From assembly GCA_010405405.1 (NCBI GenBank), contig MU004239.1:868001-932000 (forward strand): 64,000 nt of DNA, in the 5' to 3' direction. Every line of letters starts with the position of its first letter. The first letter of the stretch is position 1. This DNA is from Microthyrium microscopicum. Its lineage: Eukaryota. Positions 34,357 through 46,798 of the stretch are shown piece after piece. The notes beneath the pieces were generated by a model, which made no database searches, was not told the origin of the DNA, and saw nothing but the letters and a program-made list of their open reading frames with translations. The position numbers and the translations under genes are program-made.

Positions 34357-36579
34357 TCAGTCTTCTGCACCAGCCAAGACCAGCGGAGGCATTTCGAAGT
34401 CGGAGTCATCATCGTCGTCGTCATCCTCGGGAAGTTGGGGTATGGCACTTGGAGTTTTCGAAGAAGCATCTTCTAAGATGTCGACTTTTGCTTGAACTTC
34501 TTCCAACGAGGGAGGTACATGCACGTCCATCGCAGCCAGTTTGGTTGCTACTGATGGCTGACCGCTAAATGCGTCCTCAAAACGTAGGCGCTTGATTGGA
34601 GAAACAGGTTGTGGTGCCTCGGGTAGATCGTGCTTTGCAGAATGTAAATTGGGCTTCGCAGATGAGTCAAGCTCTTTTGCGGGAGTACTTCGCCCCGACG
34701 TGCTTTCGCTTGATGCCTCGTCTGGTGCATCAAGTGGTGCGACATTACTGCCGTTTACGCCAGCTTCGGCATTTAGCCCACGTCCTCCGGTCCATTCATA
34801 GTCTGCATCTTCCATTTCAGCATCATCCTGAGACTCATCGTCATCGACATCACGGTTGCCGGCTTTGATCACCGGCATTCTTGGTCGCAGTATTGCCTCA
34901 ATTGCTGGACTGCCAGAATCCAGTTGCGATGCAAATGGCAAAAGACTGGGTACTTTGTCTGCAGGATTCAGTACGCTAGCTTCAAGAGCCATGGTGTTCT
35001 GAGAAAGAATTGCTGTCCGCTCAATCTCAGCACGAAGAACGGCTGGAATACCGTTTGCTGGAAGCACAGTCATTAATACGGGCAGAAGATTGCTTGCAGC
35101 ATCTTGTAAGTCCTTGAAAGCCGAATCATTGCGCTGATTGTTGTGCGATGTGCCTATCAGCGCGTTTGGATTGATGACTGCTTTTACTTTGAGTGTTGGT
35201 TCAGCAGACGCGGATGTATCTTTGCTTGGAAGAATATCACTGCAGCATTGCCGCATGAGAGGATACAGGCTTCTCGTGCTTTTGATTGTCATGCTGTAGC
35301 CGATGAAATTGAGTATCATCTGTACTGTCTGGTAGACTCGAATTCGTAGCTCGTAGTCCGATTTATGGGCCTGAAAGACGTTGGTCACGGCCTCCAGTAA
35401 ATCTCGCATAAATGGCATAGCTACTGTCCTGATTCGATGCAAGATTGAATCAATGGAATCGAGCACGGCTATGTGTAAAGTTGCAAGATCTAAGAGGATA
35501 CCTTGACGCAAATTCTTACCCAATTTTGAAACAAATTTTGAGTCCTGTGCTGAGAAAGAAGACAATTGCTGCAAAAATGTGACGATAGTGCCGAGTGGAA
35601 TATTGACAGGTTTGGCGCTTCCAGTCTGGATGTAAGCGCCCAATAGTGTCACAAGGGCATTGAGCTCCTCCATTGATGGTGGCGAATCAGAGTCGTTAAC
35701 AACAGCCTTGAAGTTCAGTCGAAGACCTTGAACCCGAAAGTCGTCATGTCCGTACAAAGCACTGAAGACGCCCACGGCCGCAACTTGGGACGCTGCCAAC
35801 GCTTTCGCTAATCCAGCATCTCGATCTTCTAGAGCTCCAGTTTTGGTTGACGAGCCATGAAGTAATACATGAACTTTCCGTGCAGCACCCTTGCTACCAG
35901 GACTCATCGCTTCAGTAAACACAGCTGCGCCATCCACAAACCCAACAAGCGGCGCAATCACTCTTTGTGTTTGAGTGATGAATGGCCTAAAGATGGTAGG
36001 ATGCTTCGGCATTATCTCCGCCCAGCTGGACAAAACACCTTCTAGCAGGTCCTTTTGCTGAGCCGTCCATGTCTGATCTTCCTTCCTTCCAATACATGTC
36101 AAGGTCGCTGTTATGAAGGGTGGTAGATTTGGTGTCGTAATTTCGCGGACCAGTTCATCATGATCATGCGTCAACTGAAATATCCGTGTAATTGCTAGCA
36201 TGCACAGTTTCTTCGTCGTGGTCGGTTCGTTCGGTCGGATCAGAATGCTAATCAAGCTCCGCACCCAGCTTCCACTTGTGTGTAGGATCTCCCAGCCTCC
36301 AAAGTCAACAAGACATTTTACAAGAACCACAGCCACAAAGCGGCCTTCGATGCTTCGATCTTGTATCAGAGAGGATGTTCGGGTCTTGAGTTGGTGAACA
36401 ATGGCAGCGGATTCAGAGGACGGTGGATGAGGACTGGAAAGAATGTTTTTGCATGGCGCAAGTTGTCCAGGAAGATGGGGAATGAACCGGGGGAGGTCTG
36501 GCACTGGCGTCGAAGTAAGACGATATGCAAGCGCGCGTAGGTGTGGTAAGTAGGGATCCGATCCCGTGGATGAGGACAT
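34357..36579 (-). CDS. RIX1: Pre-rRNA processing protein Rix1 (PELP1-like N-terminal helical domain, acidic tail)
   Basis: LRALAYRLTSTP, VHQLKTR.SSLIQDRS.EGRF.AVVLVK, KLCMLAITRIF.LT...LVREITTPNLP.FI, LRAEIERTAIL, EAILRPRMPVI and acidic C-terminus DDSDFEMPPL. Confidence 0.88.
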   Translation of the reverse strand: MSSSTGSDPYLPHLRALAYRLTSTPVPDLPRFIPHLPGQLAPCKNILSSPHPPSSESAAIVHQLKTRTSSLIQDRSIEGRFVAVVLVKCLVDFGGWEILHTSGSWVRSLISILIRPNEPTTTKKLCMLAITRIFQLTHDHDELVREITTPNLPPFITATLTCIGRKEDQTWTAQQKDLLEGVLSSWAEIMPKHPTIFRPFITQTQRVIAPLVGFVDGAAVFTEAMSPGSKGAARKVHVLLHGSSTKTGALEDRDAGLAKALAASQVAAVGVFSALYGHDDFRVQGLRLNFKAVVNDSDSPPSMEELNALVTLLGAYIQTGSAKPVNIPLGTIVTFLQQLSSFSAQDSKFVSKLGKNLRQGILLDLATLHIAVLDSIDSILHRIRTVAMPFMRDLLEAVTNVFQAHKSDYELRIRVYQTVQMILNFIGYSMTIKSTRSLYPLMRQCCSDILPSKDTSASAEPTLKVKAVINPNALIGTSHNNQRNDSAFKDLQDAASNLLPVLMTVLPANGIPAVLRAEIERTAILSQNTMALEASVLNPADKVPSLLPFASQLDSGSPAIEAILRPRMPVIKAGNRDVDDDESQDDAEMEDADYEWTGGRGLNAEAGVNGSNVAPLDAPDEASSESTSGRSTPAKELDSSAKPNLHSAKHDLPEAPQPVSPIKRLRFEDAFSGQPSVATKLAAMDVHVPPSLEEVQAKVDILEDASSKTPSAIPQLPEDDDDDDDSDFEMPPLVLAGAED

Positions 36580-37106
36580 GTTTCGATCGTGCAAAAAGTT
36601 GTCAGAAACAAGAAATTTTTCGAAGTTGAGCTGTCAGAATCTGGTGGTCCGTGCAGAATTCCCCATATTTCAGCCTTGTCTCAGCCTGATAGAGACCACA
36701 TTTACTTTACATTTGATGCTCACCTTCTAGCTAGCTAGGGATGAAGAGGTACTCAACTATAATTTTCGTCTCTACAAACCTTCCAAGTCGTTGAGACTGA
36801 CCCACTCTTGTGGGCAAATCACGATTACAGAACCATCAATACCAGCAGTAGTACCCCAATTCCCGGTTGTGAACATTTTTTGGTGTTATTCACCTCAAGC
36901 TCTGGCCAAAGGTTTAGGAACTTAACCAAACTTAAGAGGTCTCTTTCTATTTCCACTCATTTCCGGACAAGTTACGTATAGGCTTCAGGAGTTTAATTGA
37001 ACATCTGCTGTTTTCATAATATGCAAGCACTATCTTTTAAGAGCTGCAAAGGGCAGGTGGTTAGAAACTACATTATTTCCTAATACAAGTAGTGATCTTA
37101 TCCGTG

Positions 37107-37511
37107 CTAGTCACTATCCTCAAACAAGCCGGTGGGTTCATCCATAAGATCAACAACCTGACCACGTGTGAACCCAAGCTTGCCTCCAAAATCAATGGCA
37201 GCTTGGCCGTCATAAGCACCAGCAATTTCGATCAAAAACTTCTTTATATTCTTTCTTCCACGCTTGATCTTGGCTGCGTCGCCACCAGCATCGATCTGCC
37301 TAATCAGCTCGCCAGCTCTCTGGCAGCGTTCGTGAATCTCTTCGCTCTGAGGCACTGCGAACGTAACACCATATAGGTCGATTTGATCCGGGTTGTTTCG
37401 AGCAAAGGCTTGCACGGCAATCCATATGGATTGCAGCTGCTGAGATAGAGATTGAGGTGCAGCAGCTGCAAAAGGCTGCGTGGCTGGGAACATGCGACTA
37501 TTGCCGAACAT
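37107..37511 (-). CDS. Hypothetical 134-aa protein
   Basis: Intronless ORF with atccacaATG start context and TATAAA ~120 bp upstream on the minus strand. Protein-like composition, no recognised domain. Confidence 0.5.
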   Translation of the reverse strand: MFGNSRMFPATQPFAAAAPQSLSQQLQSIWIAVQAFARNNPDQIDLYGVTFAVPQSEEIHERCQRAGELIRQIDAGGDAAKIKRGRKNIKKFLIEIAGAYDGQAAIDFGGKLGFTRGQVVDLMDEPTGLFEDSD

Positions 37512-39110
37512 TGTGGATGTAGGTTTTTGGATTGATCGGTTGTGTAGTAGTATGGAAATGTAGAATAAGATGGGTTTGGAGAATATCTACGATATTGATG
37601 GGAACAATCTTGCAGGATCATGAGAGGCCTTTTATAATGGAGTAAAGCACACTGTGGTGATCAGAGTCTAGTATCACTCCATTGATCACTTTTAGGCATT
37701 CATATTCATTCGCGTTTGCATATAAGAGACAAAGTCTTCTTTTAGCCGGATTATACCCTTCCATTCAACTGTGATCAAGGATGGGGTTACTTTATCCTAC
37801 CTGAAAGATATTTCATTATGGATGCTACTGCTATCTGGCGGAAGTTAGCCAGTCAGAATATTATCGACCTCGTGGTGACTGGAATCTCTAACTAATAATG
37901 GTATAATACAGCATACCCAAGCCAGCTTGTCCAATTTTAGGAGTCAAAGACTGGTCAGAAAATGAGAAACGCTTGAGGAAAGAATTCGTTCTTCGCGATT
38001 GGTGGGTACTGGATGTTTATCGAATAATTCACTGACGGGTAAAATACATTAAACAGCAGAAACATGCTCAATCCTGAAACAAAGACCACTTGAGTAAAAT
38101 ACGCTTCAACTGAAGCTATTATCACTGCTGAATGATCTCTGCGATAGCTTCTTTTCTGAGTGACAAATATCCTTGGATACTGGAATAAGTGGAAAACGGA
38201 GTGGGTGGGCAGCGGCCAATGAGAAGTCGTCAATTGGCCGCAAGGCTGAAGAGTACATCAAATGCATACCAGGTTTAATTTACACAGCATACCAAAGCAT
38301 TATTGAGGCTACTTGTACTTTGATAACTTGAGCTACGAAGCCGTCCAAGCGAGTAGAATTTGGAGATGCCTACAGCTTCGAAATCTTTCATCTGTTCTCT
38401 AATAGCTGCAGTCCTGAAATATAGAAACGTTGGATGAAAGTTGTCGAAGCTTCTTTGTAGTTTCCGAAAATTTGTGTGAGCCACTTCAAAGACTTGCTAC
38501 GCAGTTCCAAGAAATTTTGTTACTTTCAAAGGAACGTGTGCTATTTTCGTTGCTTTCCCAAGCCTTGCCATGTTTATCCTCATGGTTGTGGCATGGCATA
38601 TCAAATTGGCTTAGCGTGGTTTTGTTTCAAGATTTTATCTCCTTAATCGAATAACTTCTGGCCAATCGTCAACTTGCTAATTGCAGCGTCTGCCCCACAC
38701 CCTGCTCCAGATTCCAGATTTCACTGCAGACTTCAGAGCGGCCCATGAAGGAAATAAAGCTCACAAGTTGGTGCTTGTCCAGGTTGGCGGGTCGCCTGGT
38801 AGGTGGGTAGGAATGGGCAGGAATGGCAGGCACAAGTTATGTTTGGTCTATCTATTATTTCAAGAACAAAGAAACCTGTGCCTCCTCCATCTGGAAAATA
38901 GGATGAGGTGGCCGGCATCATGAATCAATGCGAGCTCCCTATTCTAAGCACAACCTGAGTCAAAGTCTTCCTGTCTTTACTTGAAGATTATGAAGGTTGA
39001 TAAGGCATTGCAACTCCTCGTCTACTACTTGTGTTCTTTGTTTAAGATCCACACGGGTTTAACGAGTCGCTGTTTCTCCCCGTCCCCTTGGAACCTTGCT
39101 AGCCGAAAGA

Positions 39111-39197
39111 AATCTGCTCATCAGACTTGCGCCTCCCATCGCTTGTCTGGTGCACAACTTGTTGCGCATGAATCTGCATGAGTTAAAATCTTGCTCA
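39111..39197 (+). promoter_or_regulatory. Candidate copper-responsive (Mac1/Cuf1-type) elements TCTGCTCA and CTTGCTCA upstream of the Ctr gene
   Basis: Two TGCTCA cores (39115-39120, 39192-39197) lie ~190-280 bp upstream of the Ctr ATG and resemble the TTTGCTCA CuRE. The motif is short and could occur by chance. Confidence 0.45.
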
Positions 39198-39387
39198 TTT
39201 CTCCACCTACTAGTCCTGCCAAATTCGCTGCTTACCTTCACCCCCGCCAGTCTCTATTTCATCCAACATATAACTTAATCAACACCCGATACTCTTGGAA
39301 GTCTCTCAACTATCAACGCGCTCACGGACCCAGAGCTTAACCAACAATAACCCTCCACATAATATATTTTTCACCAGCCTTATCAAG

Positions 39388-40018
39388 ATGGATATGCCCA
39401 TGGATACTGCCAATATGACCATGATGATGACTTCGTCTGGCATGATGTTGGCTAAGGACATGGCCATGGTCTTCTTCAACGCTCACAACACCCCTCTTTA
39501 TTCAGAAAACTGGGCACCAGCATCGACAGGAGCTTATGCCGGCACATGTATATTCCTCATAATTCTGGGCATAACTTTGCGAGCGTTGCTGGCATCAAAA
39601 GCTTCCATTGAGGCAAAATGGGCAGATCAGGCATGGAACAGGAGATACATCGTTGTCCATGACAACAAACCACTTTCCGAGCGAATTGAGAAAGACCCAG
39701 ACGCAAAGACAGGTGTTTTGACAGCAAATGGAGTGGAGGAGCATGTTCGCATGATCGGGTCTGGTCCTCACGGAGTACAACCTTGGAGATTCAGCGTTGA
39801 CCTTCCACGAGCCGCCATCGTTACTGCTATCGCTGGTGTTGGATATCTACTGTAAGTCGGCGCATGTCTGAACAACGAAAGGACAAGACTAATCCGTGTA
39901 CAGCATGTTGGCAGTCATGACTCTGAACGTCGGTTATTTCCTCTCGGTGCTGGCAGGTACATTTGTCGGAGAAGTCGCTGTTGGGCGTTATCACAGTTCT
40001 GCTGGTGTAGCACACTGA
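39388..40018 (+). CDS. Ctr-family copper transporter, 2 exons
   Basis: Met-rich N-terminus MDMPMDTANMTMMM..M.MVFF, TPLYSENWAP..TGAYAGTCIFL, PWRFSVDLPRA, MxxxM (LMLAVMT) and LAG.FVGE. Confidence 0.93.
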
Positions 40019-42092
40019 GCACACTTCAATTCAAGTTCTTGCAGTCGCATTTGGCATGGCGTTGGGATTTCGCATTTCAAGTTACACGATTCTGACATGA
40101 TAGATATCCCGCTTGAAGGAGAGCGACGAATATATATATAATTCTTCAAACCCCGGCTTTCGATATCTTCTAGCATTAAGTTATGGCTCTGGCACTTGTA
40201 CAGAGTATATTGCAGACTTTCACCGTGCCTTGCAGCTCTTATCGCAGCTCAGTTCTCATTCCTGGGTCAGTGGTACACTATACGGTCATTTTGAGTTCAT
40301 AACCAACTGATCTCCAACGATATATTGTACCCGTCCCTCCCGCGCCGCTCACTCAAGGGCCTTCCCCAGCAACAAAGAAATCTCGCCCGCGAATTCCTGT
40401 CCGGCAGCACGGCCGATCCAACGTGAGCGAGATCGCGTCCCAACGCTTCCTCGCTGATTCCAAATTTGCCTCTTCACCACGCACAAAAATCCTACCAAAC
40501 TGCCCATCACCAGAAGGACCTGCCGTTCTCCAGCATCAAATCCGTTTGACGTCCAAGTGGTTAGCAGGGACATCCATGTCTAGCTCACGGTATGAGCTGG
40601 GATAGCGCGCTATGAAGAGTCTGAATGGCGGGAGCCGCATGCTAAGCTTTATTTAGCGGCTTTTAATGTTCGCAAACTTGCTCATCTGCAGATTACCCTT
40701 GTTTTGCATGCGCTGCGAGCGAATGTGGATAGACGGAATATTAGTAAGTTTCAACAAGGCTGAGAAATCCATTGGTTTTCAACAGCGCAAAAGCAGTGGC
40801 CCGAGTATGATTGACATGCATGCAAAACCTGGTTTCGAAACTGGCCAAACAAGCTGCCGGGCTGAAAATAAATTCACAATTGACGTCGATTTGGAACTTG
40901 TTGCTTTGATCTAATCTTGGAGTGTATGTTGGAAGCCCTGTCCATGATATGTAACCAGCTTTGCACGAATTGCACTAGTTGAACAGCCGTGCCATTGTTT
41001 CTTGTTGTTTGCAAATTGACATGGAATGTGATCAGAACCAGTCGTAAACTCGAATGTGAATACAGTTCTCTATGTTTATCAATTGACAAATGCCGGCAAA
41101 TTTGTTGTACAACAAACACTGGCTGACGCTGGGCTCGAAATACTTCACCTTCTGTTCTCTGTGATACAGCCAGACTTGTGGCAGACTACTCAGCAGATTT
41201 TCCGTTGCCTAAGTACCTAGGTACAAGGGCTTTGTTGTTGGAACTTGGCTTGCACATTCCGGGCATATATGCACGCGAGTCCTCCTACAGGCGCGCGATT
41301 AACGCGCGCCAGGGCTGATCTTGCTTCTCTCATATATTTGATATAGCTATCGTGTTCAAGTCGGCTCGGAAAAAACCGCCCAAAATAATTCTTCGGATCG
41401 TCAGTTCCAATGTCGTTCTTACATGAACACCTTGGCTGACTTAGAACGAATGAGCGCTAATGCAACAAAACATTTGGGTTGAATAAGTCTTCACAATGCT
41501 GTATGGTATGTTGCAATACTCAAGACTGCGTTATCTTACCAATTTACATCCATGTTAGGTAGAGGGTTGACAATTCCTACCGCAATTGAAGCGGAGCATT
41601 GGAGTGCTCGGTGAGGCTCAAAATTTGGAGCTTAACCTTTCTAGGTAAGCTCTCCCGATGATTTACACGTGATGGAGCTTTGGCCTTGCAAAAGAACAGA
41701 ATCTCTCAACGGATCATTATCAGGAGAACTTGTAAAGTTGTTCAATTCATCTTCAATCCTTTCAATTCATCTGTTCATTGAGCCTTTTCATCTGTACAAC
41801 AGTTGTGTTATAGTCTCTTTCGTTCTACTTCGCATATTCTGCAGCTACGCTTGCAGTTACCCTTGTTGAACAGCTCGTTCTGTCCACATCAATTTGACCT
41901 TCAAAACAGCTCCACAGCTGTCAGGATCAATCGGATCAATGTGGGTAGGAGAAAGTCGGGATAACCTGAAAACTCAGCTAATGAATGTCGATGCAGTCAG
42001 CGATTCCTTGCTCGTCAGAGACACCTTCCCTGGATCGAGAAAGCTTCACCTTTGGCTGGCTTCCAAGTTATTTTCGACTACCTTCTGAGGAC

Positions 42093-43061
42093 ATGTTTGC
42101 CCGAGCTACGCGATTGGCTCCTGTTTTTGGCCAGTGCGCCAAAGCAGGAACTGCCCCGCCTTCTGTCGCCTTCGCAACCCATTCTCCCTTTACCTTTGCT
42201 CAAAGCCCCACCTCGCGACTTTTCCAATCCTCTTCCTCCAACTCCTTCTTCTACAACCCTTTCAAACAACAACAACAACAAACCAAGACCTTTGCAACTT
42301 CAGCAAAAGCCATGTCTCAAGTCTTTTTCGATGTCGAGTGGTACGGCCCACCAGTCGAGACCGACTCCAGCGGATCCGTAGGAAGTAAGTTTGGAGCTTC
42401 GTTTTCTGCTAGAAAACACCCCCACTATCATGACACTTTCTTTCCATCAGCATTTTAGCATGCAATTCAGTGACTGACTGTTTTCAGAGCACTCTGGCCG
42501 TATCAACTTCACTCTCTTTGATGATGTTGTCCCAAAGACCACCGAGAACTTCCGAACCATCTGCGCTGGTGGCCCCAAGGGCGAGCACTACAAGGGAAGC
42601 AAGTTTCACCGTGTGATTCCTCAATTCATGCTCCAGGGTGGTGACTTCACCCGTGGCAACGTAAGTACCTTCAATTGAGCGCCGAAGCTCATGATGCTAA
42701 TGCTACAACAGGGTACTGGTGGACGTTCCATCTATGGCGAGAAGTTCGCCGATGAGAACTTCAAGCTAAAGCACGACCGACCATACCTCCTCTCTATGGC
42801 TAATGCCGGACCAAACACGTATGCAATACCCTATTCTGCATCTTCCAGCAATTGAAGCTAACATAACACAGCAATGGCTCTCAGTTCTTCGTCACCACTG
42901 TCGTAACCTCTTGGCTCGACGGCAAGCACGTCGTCTTCGGCGAAGTCAGCGACGAGCAAGGCAAAGCCATCGTTCGCGCCATTGAGAAGTGTGGTTCATC
43001 AAGCGGTGCCATCAAGTACAAGGAGATGGCACCCACCATCGTGGACTCCGGTGTCTTGTAA
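42093..43061 (+). CDS. Cyclophilin PPIase (Neurospora csr-1/CyP20-like) with N-terminal mitochondrial presequence and second in-frame ATG at 42312
   Basis: MSQVFFD...[20 protein letters not shown]...[80 protein letters not shown]. Confidence 0.95.
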
Positions 43062-43776
43062 GAGGTTTATCTCTGCTGAGCTAGCCTACATCTAGTTTAA
43101 GATGTCGACCGGCTTATTCAAAGATGAGCTACTGTTGGCGTGGATGTTGCATACGAGGGGTAGAGGTGGATCACTGAGACGACCAAAAAAGTTTCTGTTA
43201 GTAGAAATCAAGTGTTTCGATTGAAAGCCTTCGTTGCTGGATCTGTCTATGCATTTACACCTGTCTCAAGCTTCATTGCTACCGCGAAATAGCTTCTCAG
43301 GTGACTGAAGTAGTCGAGTTTGCTTTTAATGACACCATTGAGTGGCATTGACCTGCGTACCTCCAATGTCTGAAAACTGTTGGGTTGTTTTACCCCACCA
43401 TTGAATGCTTTTGAGGTGGGGCAAGCCGCAAGCTTCAAAGAACCTTTCGGGAGTCTAAGCCTCTTCCCGTAGACGGTTAGCGGCATCAAACCCAACATCA
43501 AGTCAGCCTTACGAGTTACGAGGACAGCGCTCACTATTTCTTGCAATGTGACCTCCACTGAAACTAATATTCGTGAAACCGAGCTGCCATCTGAACATCC
43601 GCTACACCCGGGTATCCATCGTCTTAGTCCTCAAACCCTCACCAAGGCGATACAAAACAGTTCCCAAACTCCGCCGATCTTGCTGGTGACAACTTGACAA
43701 GACGAGCTGTTAACGATACACGACACAAGATAACCACAGAATCTACAGAGATTGATCGTCAACTCACCTGCCGAAT

Positions 43777-45482
43777 ATGCGCCTCATCAACCTTCTGTCC
43801 TTTGAGATTGAAGAGTTCTTCGGGGACAAAGTACCGCCTTATATTGCGCTCTCTCATACTTGGAGCGAGGGTCAAGAACCGGTTTTTAAAGAATGGTCCA
43901 AAGCACTCCGGAAAGTGCGAAAGAATGCCGATCACAACATGAGCACTGATGAGATCAAGATGGGTTTGCATCTTGTCTTTGTCGAGCTTGGAAAGAACTT
44001 GGGCTTTCAGAAGATATTGAGCTTCCTTGAAATAGTGAAAGAGCGAGGCGTCGAATATGGATGGGCAGATACTATATGTATCGACAAAACCAGCAGTGCG
44101 GAGCTAAGTGAGGCGATCAACTCGATGTTTGCTATCTATCGGAACTGCAGCCTTTGTATCGCATATTTGGCAGATGTGCAGGGCGGCGATCTGTCAGCAT
44201 TTCGCGCTTCTCGCTGGTTTACGCGTGGCTGGACTCTGCAAGAGCTGATTGCCCCTCAAAAGGTCTATTTTTACGATCAGAGATGGGTGGAAATGGGAGA
44301 GAAAGGAGATCGTCATTCTAGCATCTATGAAACTGTCGTCAGGGCAAGCCGCGTTGGACATACAGTACTAGAGCGTCCGGACACAATACGAAACCACAGC
44401 ATTGCACAAAAAATGTCATGGGCTTCCAGACGAACAACGACAAGACGAGAGGATATAGCCTACTGCTTGCTAGGACTGTTTGAGGTGAACATGCCTTTGC
44501 TCTACGGCGAGGGTATGAACGCTTTTCAGCGATTACAGGAAGAAATACTCAAAAAATCTGATGACGACAGCATATTTGCTTGGTACGACCCCGAAGCTTC
44601 GTTCTTCACTTACCGTGGCTTGCTGGCTCGATCACCAGCGGAATTTGCAAACTCTGGTGAGATACAGTTTAATGGCTCGGACCACAGCGAGCCGCTATGG
44701 ATAACCAACAAGGGTATTCGTGTTCAATTTAATGGCTTTGAAAAATCAAAGCCAAACAGCAGAAATTCTGATTTCTTTGTTGTTCTTGATTGTCGCAAAA
44801 ATTTTCAGGAGAGGTTGGCCATTAAGCTCATTCGATTGTCTCCGGAAGGCTCTCAGTATGCGCGTGTAGATTGCCACCAACTCGATAGCTACACATGTTG
44901 GCAGAATCAGGCATACTCAAGCTGGGAACAGGAGAAACGAATCGTTCAGGTCCGCAACCAGCTGATTATTCCAGCAGACCATAGCAGCCCTCGAATACGA
45001 GGATTTCTATATGACTTACAACCCGGTGCTCAGACTGCTTGGCAAGCGTTCTCAACAGGGACTGATGTGAGGAAACAAGCCAGCCAAATAGTGCTTCGCT
45101 TTCCTCAACCCAAACTGAGCAAACCGTCGCAGCCTGGGCTGGAACCTTCTAAGCTTGCACCTCTACTGTGCTGTAGATTTCGGGTTCGATCTGGCGCTAT
45201 TCAACGTATTGATCAATATGAGTTCAATCCGAGTGAGGATACAGGGGCTCTAGGAGTAGACACGACATTGAAGTTGACGCCTTTGGAATCAAAAGGAACA
45301 TCATGCATGTTCTTCGATACGCCTATAGATATAAACCTTTCAGACCCTGCTCTGATCAGCAATCGGGGAGTGTTTGAGCTTCGAATAGGAAGAACACTTA
45401 TTCAGGATGAGATCTGGTTCCGGTAAGTATATTATGTTACTGAATGTTTGCACTACTGATCGTTTCTTGAAGGTGGGAATAA
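43777..45482 (+). CDS. HET-domain (PF06985, HET-E N-terminal-like) protein; tiny terminal exon 45473-45482
   Basis: MRLIN...PPYIALSHTW, WADTICIDKTSSAELSEAINSMF.IY, SRWFTRGWTLQELIAP, SIAQKMSWAS.R.TTR.EDIAYCLLGLFEVNMPLLYGEG..AF.RLQEEI, DDSIFAW, GLLARSPAEF. Confidence 0.93.
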
Positions 45483-46798
45483 CGCCGGTATGGCAAAAAT
45501 AATTATGGCTGAAGTACTGCAACATTTTAATGCTATTTCTGAGCAGGCTGAGAGCTAGCTACTTTTCATTCAGCTTCAGTACATGCTTGGGAAGATACCG
45601 ATACTTTCACCAAACGCAGTATACAATGGCCTTGTCTCTTACAGGCTGTAGACTCAGGTCAACAATAAGTATGGCAAATCCTTATTGTACTTGTTTATAT
45701 CCATTGATTGCTCTTTTGGAGTAAATACGATTCTTATCGCAATCGATAATCACAGTGTACTTCCAGCAAAAAGCGTGTCCCACAGCGCGCGCCTCCTTGT
45801 GCTCCCAAGAGTATCTTGAAGATCTGCCACTTGTCAGATCACAGATGACATATCGTCTTCTCTGTGATGGAGTATGATATCGGGCTGGTCTTGTTATGCA
45901 TCATAGATATGGAGTATCTCGATACTTTGTAATATGAGAACAACAGTGTGAAAGCATGACCTTTCGCTGTGATTCAGTAGGATATAACGACATAATGCGA
46001 CCGGATTGCATGTGTTCCTGTTGCAAGTCTCTGATGATGAAGACGACTAATGGTCTTTGGATGTTTACTAATCGAACAAGACTATGATGTTACTTCCAGA
46101 GGCTTCTTGCGAAACTCATAGGCAATGAATAGAGAGCGTATCCAAATCCGAGACAAAAGGCTAGCTCAACTCAGGACATCGCTCATATAGTCACTCTCAT
46201 GGCCCATCAAGTGCTCGCCAATAATGAGTCGCGTCAGGTGGAGCGAGTGAGAATTGATTACTAGTTTCGTATTTCATAAGATCCTCAATGACCCGGGATT
46301 GACTACTGGCAGCCTGGCCGTTCTTGATAATTGGACGCCGTGCGATGAGGAGTTCCCACTGCATCAACATATCGCCTCGGGGTATCTTATAGCCCAAGAG
46401 TGTTTGAAAACTAAACGTTGCGTGAAGCAGAGAACTTCAAAGCCGATCCGCTGGATCCAGAGTCATTTGTTGAGCTATAGACTGGTGGTCAGACTCTTCG
46501 GGGCGATTACTCATTTTGAGCGGGATTCAATAATGAAGTTGTACCGCTTGCTCGTTCTCAGCCGCCTTCATTCGGGCTCGGAGCAATACTCCTGTTCACA
46601 CCATGTTTTCCAATACAGACGATGCTTCAATAGATTGGCGTGTAAGTTGTAATCATAAAATTGGAAATGTGTATAAAAAGTGCTAAATTTGCTTCAGTAC
46701 GAACTGTTTAATTCAAGGGCACAAATTCATCTCTTTTCAACCGGCCACAACTCACTTCTTGACACCTTTGCTTACAACCTTGAATCAACTGCCTGAAT

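Noticed and set aside
40330..40650. GC-rich intergenic segment with a small hairpin (AGCTCA...TGAGCT), considered as snRNA, RNase P or MRP
   Set aside because: No recognisable U1/U2/U4/U5/U6, RNase P or MRP conserved boxes, so it cannot be supported without an Infernal scan.
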